Counted from the stretch's first letter, positions 34,316 to 44,237 are shown. The stretch: 64,000 nucleotides of DNA from Flavobacteriales bacterium (GCA_965658995.1 CBFHVI010000007.1:24848-88847), one strand, 5' to 3'. Program-made: numbers and translations. The notes: generated by a model not told the origin, from the letters alone.

Positions 34316-36289
34316 ATGGATTTCACAAATAGCTTACCGAAAGAAACACTCTTAAAACTGTATAAAGCGCTGATTACTCCCCGAATGATTGAGGAGAAGA
34401 TGTTGATTTATTTGAGACAAGGAAAGATATCGAAGTGGTTTTCCGGAATTGGTCAAGAGGCGATTTCGGTGGGCTGTACACTCGCTATGGAAAAAGAGGA
34501 ATTTATTCTTCCCATGCATAGAAATTTGGGAGTTTTTACAGCTCGTGAGGTAGAGTTTGAGCAGTTGTTTTTACAATTTCAAGGAAAAAACGGAGGTTTT
34601 ACCAAAGGAAGAGATAGGTCTTTTCATTTTGGGTCAAAAGCACACCATTTGGTCGGGATGATTTCTCACCTTGGGCCACAATTGGGTATAGCCGATGGAA
34701 TAGCTCTTGCTAATTTATTGGAAAAGAACAAAAAAGCAACCGTAGTGTTCACGGGAGATGGAGGCGCTAGCGAAGGAGATTTTCACGAAGCTCTGAATGT
34801 GGCTGCCGTATGGAAATTACCTGTAATTTTTGTGGTTGAGAATAATCAGTGGGGATTGTCTACCCCCTCAAATCAGCAGTTTGCTTGCAAGCAATTTATC
34901 GATAAAGGAATAGGATACGGAATGGAGGCTGTTCAATTGGACGGGAATAATATTGTTGAAGTGTACGAAGCTATTTCTAATATCAAGCAAGATATTAGCG
35001 AGAATCCACGGCCAGTTTTGGTCGAGTGCATGACTTTTAGAAGAAGAGGGCATGAAGAGGCTTCTGGGACAAAATATTATCCGGAAGGATTGATAGAACA
35101 ATGGGAAGAAAAAGATCCTGTTGCCAATTATGAATCTTATTTGCTGGAAAACAAGGTACTAGACGAGGAAACGATAGAGAAATTAAAAAAGGAAATCACG
35201 AAAGAGGTGGCAGCCGGTTTCAAACGTGCTACCAAAACCGAAAACATACTACCGAACACGGACTTGGAATTATCCGATAGGTTTGCTCCATGGGAGTTTG
35301 AACCGACTGAACCAGCTGGTAGCAAGAAAGAAATGAGGTTGATCGATGCTATTTCGGATGCGATGAGATTGGCGATGAGGAAACATGATAAATTAGTATT
35401 GATGGGGCAAGACATTGCCGACTACGGAGGTGTTTTCAAAGCAACGGAAGGATTTTTGGAAGAGTTTGGGCCAGAAAGAGTGAGAAATACACCTTTGTGC
35501 GAATCGGCTATTGTGGGAGCTGCATTGGGGCTTTCTATCAATGGATACAAGGCTATGATGGAAATGCAGTTTTCGGATTTTGTGACTGTTGGCTTTAATC
35601 AAATAGTAAACAATTTGGCCAAAATTCATTATCGATGGGGACAAAACGCAGATGTGGTGGTGAGGATGCCAACTGGAGCCGGAGTTGCCGCTGGACCTTT
35701 TCATTCGCAGAGCACAGAAGGTTGGTTTTTTCATACTCCAGGATTGAAAATTGTTTATCCCTCTTCACCCAGAGAAGCAAAAGGACTGTTATTGGCAGCA
35801 TTTGAAGACCCTAATCCAGTCATGTTTTTCGAGCACAAAGCACTTTATCGTTCCATTTCCGAAGAGGTAGAAGAAGGTTATTTTACCATCGAAATAGGAA
35901 AAGCTAGTGTGGTAAAAGAAGGAAATGATGTGTCGGTGATTACCTATGGGTTAGGAGTAAAATGGGCAGAAGATTTACAAAAGAAAAACCCTGAGACTTC
36001 AATTGAGATTGTTGATTTAAGGACGCTGAGTCCGCTCGATACAGAAACGATATTCAATTCTGTAAGAAAAACAAACCGAGTAATTGTCTTGCATGAAGCG
36101 AATACAACGGGTGGAGTAGGAGCAGAAATTGCTACGCTTATAAATGAGAATTGCTTTGAAAACTTAGATGCACCTGTCCGAAGATTGGGTAGTTTGGATA
36201 CTCCAGTGCCATTTGCGGCAGAATTGGAGCAAAACTTCTTTCCGCTGGAAGAATTACACCATGCCTTGACACACTTAATCAATTACTAA
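34316..36289 (+). CDS. Fused 2-oxoacid dehydrogenase E1 component (alpha + beta subunits, TPP-dependent)
   Basis: The alpha part has GDGGASEGDFHEALN (TPP motif). The beta part has MGQDIADYGGVFKATEG and a C-terminal transketolase-like domain. 657 aa from the ATG at 34316. Confidence 0.85.
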   Translation: MDFTNSLPKETLLKLYKALITPRMIEEKMLIYLRQGKISKWFSGIGQEAISVGCTLAMEKEEFILPMHRNLGVFTAREVEFEQLFLQFQGKNGGFTKGRDRSFHFGSKAHHLVGMISHLGPQLGIADGIALANLLEKNKKATVVFTGDGGASEGDFHEALNVAAVWKLPVIFVVENNQWGLSTPSNQQFACKQFIDKGIGYGMEAVQLDGNNIVEVYEAISNIKQDISENPRPVLVECMTFRRRGHEEASGTKYYPEGLIEQWEEKDPVANYESYLLENKVLDEETIEKLKKEITKEVAAGFKRATKTENILPNTDLELSDRFAPWEFEPTEPAGSKKEMRLIDAISDAMRLAMRKHDKLVLMGQDIADYGGVFKATEGFLEEFGPERVRNTPLCESAIVGAALGLSINGYKAMMEMQFSDFVTVGFNQIVNNLAKIHYRWGQNADVVVRMPTGAGVAAGPFHSQSTEGWFFHTPGLKIVYPSSPREAKGLLLAAFEDPNPVMFFEHKALYRSISEEVEEGYFTIEIGKASVVKEGNDVSVITYGLGVKWAEDLQKKNPETSIEIVDLRTLSPLDTETIFNSVRKTNRVIVLHEANTTGGVGAEIATLINENCFENLDAPVRRLGSLDTPVPFAAELEQNFFPLEELHHALTHLINY

Positions 36290-37065
36290 TGAGAGAATTT
36301 CGGTATCCCTATTTGCTGTTTGTCCTGACTCTTTTTGCTTGTAAAAGTTATGTAATTACCAATAAGCAGAGCCAAAACAATCCGGTGGTTCAAACTGAAT
36401 CTGCTAATAAGGAAGTGTCCGAGATAATAGCTCCCTACAAAGAGGAATTGGAAAAATCAATGAATGACGTAATTGGAGTTTCTGAGCGTGAGTTGACTAC
36501 TGGCAGTCCTGAGGGAACTTTGGGAAATTTCATTTGTGACTTATGCTTGCGATTGGGAAATGATAACTATGCTGCGCTCTACAATGATACCGCAGATTTT
36601 GTGTTGTTGAACAACGGTGGGTTTAGAACCGTAATGCCAAGAGGCGAAATCACTCGAGGAAAGATATTTGAAATAATGCCTTTTGAAAATGAATTGGTCG
36701 TGGTTACATTGTCTATCGAACAAACCGTGAAGCTGTTTGAATACCTCGCAAACAAAACAGTGAAAAACGGAACCAGAAAACAGGGAGTGCCTATTTCAGG
36801 GAATATAATGGTAGAGATTTTGGACAAAACGCCAATTGAGGTGTTGGTGGATGGGATTCGATTGAGAGGAAGGCCATACAAAGTAATTACCACTGACTAC
36901 TTAGCAAATGGAGGTGACAACATGAGTTTTTTTCTCTCCCCTATTCAGGTAGAGAAATTGGAAATGAAGTTAAGAGACGCCATTATGATGGAAGTTGAAA
37001 GCCTCACCAAACAAGGAAAAAAAGTAACGGCAAACCTCGATAAAAGAATACGATATGCTCAATAG
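36289..37065 (+). CDS. 5-prime-nucleotidase C-terminal (substrate-binding) domain lipoprotein
   Basis: Lipobox LTLFAC. Motifs GNFICD, NGGFRT and TTDYLANGGD are typical of 5_nucleotid_C. The start overlaps the upstream stop (TAATG). Confidence 0.75.
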   Translation: MREFRYPYLLFVLTLFACKSYVITNKQSQNNPVVQTESANKEVSEIIAPYKEELEKSMNDVIGVSERELTTGSPEGTLGNFICDLCLRLGNDNYAALYNDTADFVLLNNGGFRTVMPRGEITRGKIFEIMPFENELVVVTLSIEQTVKLFEYLANKTVKNGTRKQGVPISGNIMVEILDKTPIEVLVDGIRLRGRPYKVITTDYLANGGDNMSFFLSPIQVEKLEMKLRDAIMMEVESLTKQGKKVTANLDKRIRYAQ

Positions 37066-37987
37066 AAGAAAGTTTTTGCAGCGATCACTTATTGCGGCCG
37101 GAATAGCTCCGCTCACCCAAGAGGTTGTGCGAGAAATGTTGAAAAGTGGTGAGGCCTTGAAAATAAGTGTCTTGCATACCAATGATGTGCATAGCCACAT
37201 AGATCCCTTTCCCGATACTCACAAACGATATCCTGGAAAAGGAGGTGTTCAGAACAGGTATACTCTGATTCAGAAATTCCGCAAGGAAAACAAAAATACT
37301 CTATTGTTCGATTGTGGTGATATATTTCAAGGAACGCCCTACTTCAATTTGTATGGCGGAGAACTCGAGTTAAAACTAATGAGTAAGATGGGCTACGATG
37401 CGGCCACCATGGGGAATCACGATTTTGATAACGGAATGGAAGGGTTTTTAGCAGTAAAGAAACACGCGAACTTTCCTTTTGTATGCAGTAATTATGATTT
37501 TTCGGAGACGATTTTGCGAAATCAAATTCTTCCTTTTAAGGTGTTTAATAAATCAGGAATTAAAATTGGAGTGTTTGGAATAGGAATTGAATTAGAGGGG
37601 TTGGTTGATAAAAAGTTGTATGGCAAAACTGTTTATAAAAACCCGATACAAGTAGCCAATGATTATGCTACAAAATTACGACATGAACAAGGGTGTGAGT
37701 TGGTAATTTGTTTGTCACATTTGGGGTACAAATACGCAAACGATAAAATCTCAGATGTGGAGTTGGCAAAACACACTTCGGGCATAGATTTGATCTTAGG
37801 TGGTCATACTCATACGTTTATGGAGAAGGCTGAGTTTGTTAGGAATAGCAAGGGAAAGGAGGTTTTGATTAATCAAGTAGGATGGGCCGGAATTAATTTG
37901 GGAAAAGTTGATTTTTATTTTAGTAAATTGTCGAAAAAAAGACTAAATTTGAGTGAAACCAACAAAGGATTTGTCGAAATAAACTAA
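37055..37987 (+). CDS. Metallophosphoesterase (5-prime-nucleotidase N-terminal catalytic domain) with a Tat-like signal
   Basis: RRKFLQ twin-arginine signal, plus HTNDVHS, DCGDIFQG, GNHDFD and GGHTH metallophosphatase motifs. Confidence 0.8.
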   Translation: MLNRRKFLQRSLIAAGIAPLTQEVVREMLKSGEALKISVLHTNDVHSHIDPFPDTHKRYPGKGGVQNRYTLIQKFRKENKNTLLFDCGDIFQGTPYFNLYGGELELKLMSKMGYDAATMGNHDFDNGMEGFLAVKKHANFPFVCSNYDFSETILRNQILPFKVFNKSGIKIGVFGIGIELEGLVDKKLYGKTVYKNPIQVANDYATKLRHEQGCELVICLSHLGYKYANDKISDVELAKHTSGIDLILGGHTHTFMEKAEFVRNSKGKEVLINQVGWAGINLGKVDFYFSKLSKKRLNLSETNKGFVEIN

Positions 37988-38197
37988 ATCCAGCACCCTA
38001 AAAAAAAAGTTACTACGCAATAGTAATTCGATTTTGTTTTAAACTTTTTTTTGTCAATATTTGTTGAGTGTTAAGGAGGAGGTTTTTTACTTCCCAGAAA
38101 AGGACAAGATAAATCCCATTTTGATCACAAGCTTTTCTTTGTAAGACACAATTTTTTTTTTAGATAAAACAATAACTTTTTTAGAGGAAGAACTATT

Positions 38198-39628
38198 ATG
38201 AAAAAAAACCATGTAACTGTTTGGGGAAATTGTCTGAGTGTGATCAAAGACAATATTAGTCTACAAGGATACAAAACTTGGTTTGAACCTATAGTGCCAG
38301 TGAAATTAAAAAGTGACGTGTTGACGATTCAAGTTCCCACTCACTTCTTTTATGAGTGGTTGGAGGAACATTACATTTCGTTGTTGAAGAAAACAATCAA
38401 AAGAGTAATAGGTCCTGAGGGAAGATTGGAGTACAGCATTGTAATGGATAAGAACCAAAAAAATGCAAAACCTTACACAGTAAATTTCCCAGCCAAAACA
38501 AACAATTCATTAAAAAACAAATCGATCAATGTGCCGCTTAATGTGAACAAAAGCGCCATCCGAAATCCATTTGTAATCCCTGGACTCAAGAAAATAAACG
38601 TAGATGCAAATTTGAATTCATCTTACACCTTCGAAAATTTTATTGAAGGTGAATGCAACAGATTGGCAAGATCTGCAGGGTATGCAGTAGCAAGCAAACC
38701 GGGAGGAACTTCTTTCAATCCTCTTCTGTTGTACGGAGGAGTTGGTTTAGGAAAGACTCACTTAGCGCACTCTATCGGGATAGAAATTAAGAACAACAAC
38801 CCAGAGAAGATTGTCTTGTACGTGTCTTCCGAAAGATTTACTCACCAGTTTATTGATGCGGTGAAGAACAACGAAACCAACGATTTCATTCATTTTTACC
38901 AAATGATTGATGTGTTGATTATTGACGACATTCAATTCCTTGCAGGGAAAGAAAAAACTCAAGATGTATTCTTCCACATATTTAATCACTTGCACCAAAC
39001 AGGAAAGCAAATCATTCTTACTTCGGATAAAGCACCAGTGGATATGCAAGGAGTAGAGCAACGATTGCTTTCAAGATTCAAATGGGGGTTGTCTGCGGAT
39101 TTACAATCTCCAGATTTGGAAACGAGAATTGCCATTCTGAAAAAGAAAATGTACCAAGACGGGATAGAACTTCCTGAAGATGTCATTGAATATTTAGCCT
39201 ACAGCATCACAACCAATGTAAGAGAATTGGAAGGAGCACTGATATCACTCATCGCTCAATCTTCATTGAACAAAAAAGCTGTAACATTGGATTTGGCAAA
39301 GCAAATGATCGATAAGTTTGTGAAAAATACCGCCAGAGAGGTATCCATTGACTATATCCAAAAAGTAGTATCGGATTATTTCAATATGCCTGTAGAGCTT
39401 ATGAAATCCAAAACTAGAAAAAGAGAAATAGTTCAGGCCAGACAAATCTCTATGTATTTTTCGAAAAAATTAACGAAGTCTTCCTTGGCTAGTATTGGGA
39501 TGCAATGCGGAGGAAAAGACCATGCAACAGTTCTTCATGCTTGCAAAACAGTGAATAACTTACAAGATACGGACAAGCATTTCAGAAAATACATTACGGA
39601 CCTGGACAAGAAGTTGAATCTGTCGTAA
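38198..39628 (+). CDS. dnaA: Chromosomal replication initiator protein DnaA
   Basis: 476 aa. Walker A GGVGLGKTHL, box VII, and the C-terminal DNA-binding domain (GGKDHATVLHA). Confidence 0.95.
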   Translation: MKKNHVTVWGNCLSVIKDNISLQGYKTWFEPIVPVKLKSDVLTIQVPTHFFYEWLEEHYISLLKKTIKRVIGPEGRLEYSIVMDKNQKNAKPYTVNFPAKTNNSLKNKSINVPLNVNKSAIRNPFVIPGLKKINVDANLNSSYTFENFIEGECNRLARSAGYAVASKPGGTSFNPLLLYGGVGLGKTHLAHSIGIEIKNNNPEKIVLYVSSERFTHQFIDAVKNNETNDFIHFYQMIDVLIIDDIQFLAGKEKTQDVFFHIFNHLHQTGKQIILTSDKAPVDMQGVEQRLLSRFKWGLSADLQSPDLETRIAILKKKMYQDGIELPEDVIEYLAYSITTNVRELEGALISLIAQSSLNKKAVTLDLAKQMIDKFVKNTAREVSIDYIQKVVSDYFNMPVELMKSKTRKREIVQARQISMYFSKKLTKSSLASIGMQCGGKDHATVLHACKTVNNLQDTDKHFRKYITDLDKKLNLS

Positions 39629-39649
39629 GATTTCAAGCAACTAAGTTTC

Positions 39650-39688
39650 AAAAAAAATGTCCTTTTAAATTAAAGGACATTTTTTTTG
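39650..39688. terminator. Bidirectional rho-independent terminator between dnaA and thyA
   Basis: Stem atgtccttt / aaaggacat (39657-39665 / 39672-39680) flanked by A7 and T7 runs. Confidence 0.85.
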
Positions 39689-39693
39689 CTTAA

Positions 39694-40518
39694 TTACACC
39701 GAAACAGCCGCTTTGATATGCGGATGTGGATTGTAATTTATCAATTCGAAATCTTCGTAGGTGAAATCAAAAATATTTTTGATGTTGGGGTTTAGTTTCA
39801 TGGTTGGCAATTCTCTCGGCTCTCTCGAAAGCTGAAGCTTGGCTTGCTCGAGGTGGTTGTTGTACAAATGTACATCCCCAAATGTGTGAATGAACTCTCC
39901 GTATTCTAGACCGCATACCTGAGCTACCATCATGGTAAAGAGAGCATAAGAAGCAATATTAAACGGTACCCCAAGGAATGTGTCGGCACTTCTTTGGTAC
40001 AACTGACAAGATAATTTCCCCTTGCTCACATAAAACTGAAAAAAAGCATGGCAAGGAGGTAAAGCAGCTTTGCCGTTCGCAACATTATCCGAAAATGATT
40101 TGCTGGTGTCGGGCATTACGCTCGGGTTCCATGCCGAAACCATAATTCTTCTGCTGTTTGGGTTGTTTTTAATTTGGTCAATTGCTTGAGCTATTTGGTC
40201 AATTCCATCACTGTTCCAGTTTCTCCATTGATGGCCGTAAACAGGACCTAATTCTCCATTTTCGTCTGCCCATTCATCCCATATTCGTACTTTGTTTTCT
40301 TGTAAGTAGGCAATATTTGTATCTCCTTTTAAGAACCACAACAACTCATGTATGATCGATTTTAGGTGTAGTTTTTTGGTGGTTACCATGGGAAATCCTT
40401 CGGCCAAATCAAATCTCATTTGATAGCCAAAGCAGCTAATAGTTCCGGTTCCTGTGCGATCTCCTTTTTGTTCTCCGTTGTCTATAATGTGTTGTAATAA
40501 ATCGTGGTATTGTTTCAT
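39694..40518 (-). CDS. thyA: Thymidylate synthase
   Basis: 274 aa. Motifs DRTGTGT, LPPCH and YQRSAD are canonical for ThyA. Confidence 0.95.
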   Translation of the reverse strand: MKQYHDLLQHIIDNGEQKGDRTGTGTISCFGYQMRFDLAEGFPMVTTKKLHLKSIIHELLWFLKGDTNIAYLQENKVRIWDEWADENGELGPVYGHQWRNWNSDGIDQIAQAIDQIKNNPNSRRIMVSAWNPSVMPDTSKSFSDNVANGKAALPPCHAFFQFYVSKGKLSCQLYQRSADTFLGVPFNIASYALFTMMVAQVCGLEYGEFIHTFGDVHLYNNHLEQAKLQLSREPRELPTMKLNPNIKNIFDFTYEDFELINYNPHPHIKAAVSV

Positions 40519-40945
40519 GGCGATGCTCCTAAAAGTTTCTGTACGAAAATAAGCATTTGACGACTTAGTTTGGTTTCAATCTGCACTTAGTTATTCACTT
40601 GTGTTGAAAACAGGCGCCAAAGAAGATTGGAACTGCATTCCGTCTGCACTTTACCCTCCAGAACAAGGAGAATTGGTTCATGGGGTTTCTTGAGGAAGGT
40701 TTTTCGACTTTAAGTCAGAAATTATCTTCTTAGTGGTTCTTCGATATGCTTCAATAGTTACTAGATTTTTCTAACTCTTAAAAAGAAGCGAAAAAGAACG
40801 TGGGATAAAAGTATTGCATGGTTGCCTTTGGTTAACCAAGTGACATATAAATATGGTTTGGCAATCCAGAGGAAGAAGCTCACTCTGTCAGTTAATACAT
40901 CATCAAGGATATTCCTCTGGACCAAAGCCAGAAAAAATATTCCAC

Positions 40946-40976
40946 AAAAAAAACCTACCATAAAAATGATAGGTTT
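40946..40976 (-). terminator. Rho-independent terminator downstream of the CAT-anticodon tRNA
   Basis: Reverse strand shows stem aacctatc / ggtaggtt followed by a T8 run, 14 nt after the tRNA 3-prime end. Confidence 0.7.
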
Positions 40977-40989
40977 TACTTTACTACTG

Positions 40990-41063
40990 TGGGCCCACCT
41001 GGGCTCGAACCAGGGACTTCCTGATTATGAGTCAGGTACTCTAACCAGCTGAGTTATAGGCCC
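40990..41063 (-). tRNA. tRNA with anticodon CAT (elongator Met or lysidine-modified Ile2; cannot be told apart by eye)
   Basis: Reverse strand GGGCCTATAACTCAGCTGGTTAGAGTACCTGACTCATAATCAGGAAGTCCCTGGTTCGAGCCCAGGTGGGCCCA folds as a cloverleaf with a 7-bp acceptor stem and a TTCGAGC T-loop. CCA is not encoded. Confidence 0.85.
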
Positions 41064-41158
41064 TATTATTCGCGAATCGAATAATCTTTGTTTTCTTTTA
41101 CTAGGAAAGTCTGCGAATTTAAAAGGTCTTTGCCCTTTTTCCAAATTTTAGTCTGTTT

Positions 41159-41805
41159 TTATTTCGATTTGGCGGTGTCTTTTTTCATCGGCTTGAGCGA
41201 AACAATGAATTTAGTTCCGACATTTATCTCGCTTTATACATTTAAGGAACCTCCATTTGGTTCATTCATTTGCTTTATCATAAACAAGCCAATTCCGTTG
41301 TCTTCAAAAATCAATTTAGTCATTCCATCTTTGTTGTACGAGCTTATTTTAATGACGATTTGCTTATTCTTGGGTCCATATTTGATGGAATTGCTAATCA
41401 TGTTGTAGAACTTACTTTCGAGCACAGAGGCATTGAACAGGATTTTTTTTGCTTTAAAATCAACCTCAAAACGAACATCATTCTCACGAATTAATATCAG
41501 AACCGAGTTTTTTACGATATCAAAAATAGCTTCAAAATTTAGTTTTTTTACATTCTTTTTGTTGGCTTACATTTGCTTATTCATATCCAGCATTGCTTAT
41601 ATTTTGTCTTCTAGCAAAACCGGTGAGTTAATGAGTATTTTTCTGATTTCTGATTATTCTTCTTCTGAAGCGCCAGGTTGAAGAGTCCTCTGTTTTTAAT
41701 ACCAATCCACAAATAACCTTTCTTGCCTTGCTTGATTGAAGTAATCGTATTACTGGGCAATCCATTTTGTTTATCAAATGAATTAAACTTATACAACCTG
41801 GTCAT
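41159..41805 (-). pseudogene. Decayed sensor histidine kinase (Reg_prop repeat fragment + HATPase_c fragment)
   Basis: The reverse strand encodes NGLPSNTITSIKQGKKGYLWIGIKNRGL (a two-component regulator propeller repeat). Further on it encodes ...NMISNSIKYGPKNKQIVIKISSYNKDGMTKLIFEDNGIGL..GGSLNV*SEINVGTKFIVSLKP, which carries the N-box and G1-box but has an in-frame stop and an internal deletion. About 650 bp remain of a gene normally longer than 3 kb. Confidence 0.7.
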
Positions 41806-41879
41806 TTGCTGCTGGTAGGGTCGCTAAAAAGACCAATAAGTATATGTAATTTAGATAGTTCACGGTGCAAATATATTGT

Positions 41880-44237
41880 TTAGAACGATAAGGTTGACTG
41901 AAAAATGAAATTTCTTGGCGGCATTACCCATCCCGGTCTTGTTTGGTACTCAGTATTTAACAAGTTATTACAGACAAAACTCACCTGTATTTTATTGGAT
42001 AATTCGTAACCAATTCGCACGTCTACAATTTGTGTGTTTTTGGGCTGTTTCTTACGGTATTCCTTTAATCCGCCTAGGAAAGTAACTCCGCTAAATATTC
42101 CTAAAATATGGAAAGATTCATCGATGTTGTGCACAAAACTATTGAACCGATAACTTCCTCCTATACTCACCTTTTGGTAAGTGAACTGGATATCCGCTTT
42201 CAGCAAATGATTGAATCTATATTTTAAATTATCGCTCACCGAGTCGGAGGACAAATTGCGAGTGGGGTCGTAAGTATAATTTGTAGTGAGGGAAGAAAAA
42301 GTACTCAAATAGGTGGAGTCTGCCCCAATGGGTTTTGGGTTCATGAAGGTGTACCCAGCCAATATTGCTATTTCTATTTTTCCAATTTTTCCTTTTCCCG
42401 CTATCGTTGCATCAATTCCAGTTATTCGTGCTTTGCTCACATTTCTTGAGGAAGCACCAAATTCGTTTATTGTTCCAGTAGGTTTTTGGTCAAACGAAAC
42501 GGTGTCAAAAAAACCAAAGGTGTATTCGGTCATGTTTTGATATTCATTGATAAATCCGGCAACATCTAAAAATCCTTTCCAGTTCTTGATTATGAGTCCT
42601 TGTTTAATTCCTAGTTCGGCACTCCATCCTTTTTCGGGAGTCAAGTTTGGATTGGGAAAAACCGTCAAAGAACCCACCGAGGTGCTTGCGAATTTTTCGG
42701 CAACGGAAGGAAATCGGTATCCTTGCCCAAAAGAGGCACGTACAAAAGTGGCTTTCGAAGCCTGATAATTCAATCCCATTCTGGCAATTGGAATAATAGG
42801 TTCGTTTAGCGAATTCAGTTCGTAATATTCTCCTCTAATTCCGGCCGAAAGTGTAAGTTTTTTCCAAAGCATTTTGTCTAGTTGACTGTAAATAGCCACA
42901 TTCGTGGCAGAATGGTTTCCGTATAATTCGGAATTTACAAAGGTTCTGATTACTGTGATTCCAGAAGTTATCTTAAAATTTGTGTCAAGTTGTTTTTTGA
43001 ACTGATAGTCACCAAAAATAAGGTGAGAGGTAGAAGATTGAGCAGGATCTACGAGGTTGTTGTTGTCGGTATTGAACCAGCGAGTTTTGAGCGAATGTTT
43101 GTCGCCAGATTTGGTGTAATATTCCAAGTAAGGATCCACATTAAAACGGTTGTTTAGTCCTGCCGAATTGGTTCCAGGCGAAGGAGTGAGAACGCTGTCC
43201 TGCTCTTTCCATACAAAAAACAAATCTACTTCGCTTAATTGAGCATTGGAGTTTATTCCATAAAATAGTCCTTTCTTTTTTTTGTGCTGAAATTTTGTAT
43301 TGATGTTCATCCTTCCTCGAAGTTCTTTTTCGCCTATTCTAAAACTCTGGTCATGAAAGAAATTTCCTCCCACCACTAGGTCAAAATGATTCGTTACCTG
43401 ACGGGCATGTAAAAAGCTCGTTCCCTGCATTCCTCGATAGCCGTTCCACCATTTCAAGTTTCTGTTTTTGAAGGGAGAATCATACATTCCTGCCACAAAA
43501 TTTATTTCCGTTTTAGGAGTTTCGGTTGGGAACTGGGTTCTAATATTTATCACGCCATTTAGGGCGGAGGATCCGTAAAGAACAGAGGAAGCACCCTTTA
43601 ATACTTCTATTTGATTGATACTTTCGAGTGGCAAGTAATTCCATTTTACATCTCCAGCGTCTCCCGAGAGCATAGGAATTCCGTCAAGCATGACCAATAC
43701 TCTGCTACCCGCTCCGTAACTAAAACCGGCTCCTCCCCGAATGCTTACTTGCTCTTCTTGTGTGTGAACTCCAGGAATCTGTGTCACAATGTCTCGAGGA
43801 TTGGTGGTAGCTCGTGCCGTGATAATTTCAGATTCTATCACAGTAGAGGAAACGGTTTCATCTGTAATTTTTTGGTCGTACTTTTTGGCTAAAATGGTGT
43901 ATTCCTTCAAGCTAATTTCAGTTGGCTCCAAGTTGATCCAAGACACTCTGTTTTCGTTCGCTACAATTATTTTTTCAAATTTCGCTGAGGTATATCCAAC
44001 TGAGCGCACTTCCACTTGAAATGTGTCTGCCACAATTTTTTTAAATAAATATTCTCCAACCTCATTGGTTTGGGTGAAATAATAAATAGAATCCTTTTTA
44101 CTCAAAATTACTTGGGCAAAGGGGATGGCTTGATCCGTATATTGGTTTAATACTTTTCCGCTCAACGTTCCTCGTTGTGCTTGACTCAACGAAAATTTAA
44201 CACTAACAATGAATAGGAAGAGTAGGAGTCTTGTCAT
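41880..44237 (-). CDS. TonB-dependent receptor (CarboxypepD_reg + plug + barrel)
   Basis: 785 aa with a signal peptide. GTLSGKVLNQYTDQAIPFAQVIL, then a plug (IESEIITARATTNPRDIVTQIPGV...IEVLKGASSVLYGSSALNGVINI), then a barrel ending TLSF. Confidence 0.85.
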   Translation of the reverse strand: MTRLLLFLFIVSVKFSLSQAQRGTLSGKVLNQYTDQAIPFAQVILSKKDSIYYFTQTNEVGEYLFKKIVADTFQVEVRSVGYTSAKFEKIIVANENRVSWINLEPTEISLKEYTILAKKYDQKITDETVSSTVIESEIITARATTNPRDIVTQIPGVHTQEEQVSIRGGAGFSYGAGSRVLVMLDGIPMLSGDAGDVKWNYLPLESINQIEVLKGASSVLYGSSALNGVINIRTQFPTETPKTEINFVAGMYDSPFKNRNLKWWNGYRGMQGTSFLHARQVTNHFDLVVGGNFFHDQSFRIGEKELRGRMNINTKFQHKKKKGLFYGINSNAQLSEVDLFFVWKEQDSVLTPSPGTNSAGLNNRFNVDPYLEYYTKSGDKHSLKTRWFNTDNNNLVDPAQSSTSHLIFGDYQFKKQLDTNFKITSGITVIRTFVNSELYGNHSATNVAIYSQLDKMLWKKLTLSAGIRGEYYELNSLNEPIIPIARMGLNYQASKATFVRASFGQGYRFPSVAEKFASTSVGSLTVFPNPNLTPEKGWSAELGIKQGLIIKNWKGFLDVAGFINEYQNMTEYTFGFFDTVSFDQKPTGTINEFGASSRNVSKARITGIDATIAGKGKIGKIEIAILAGYTFMNPKPIGADSTYLSTFSSLTTNYTYDPTRNLSSDSVSDNLKYRFNHLLKADIQFTYQKVSIGGSYRFNSFVHNIDESFHILGIFSGVTFLGGLKEYRKKQPKNTQIVDVRIGYELSNKIQVSFVCNNLLNTEYQTRPGWVMPPRNFIFQSTLSF

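Noticed and set aside
40761-41052. Track ORFs 40761-40961 (-) and 40822-41052 (+).
   Set aside because: The plus-strand ORF runs through the tRNA gene (40990-41063). Both translations are hydrophobic and low-complexity with no start context, so I treat them as spurious.
41088-41681. Three plus-strand ORFs (41088-41408, 41270-41494, 41433-41681).
   Set aside because: They are antisense to the recognisable histidine kinase remnants and have Phe/Ile/Leu-rich junk composition. The pseudogene on the other strand explains the region better.
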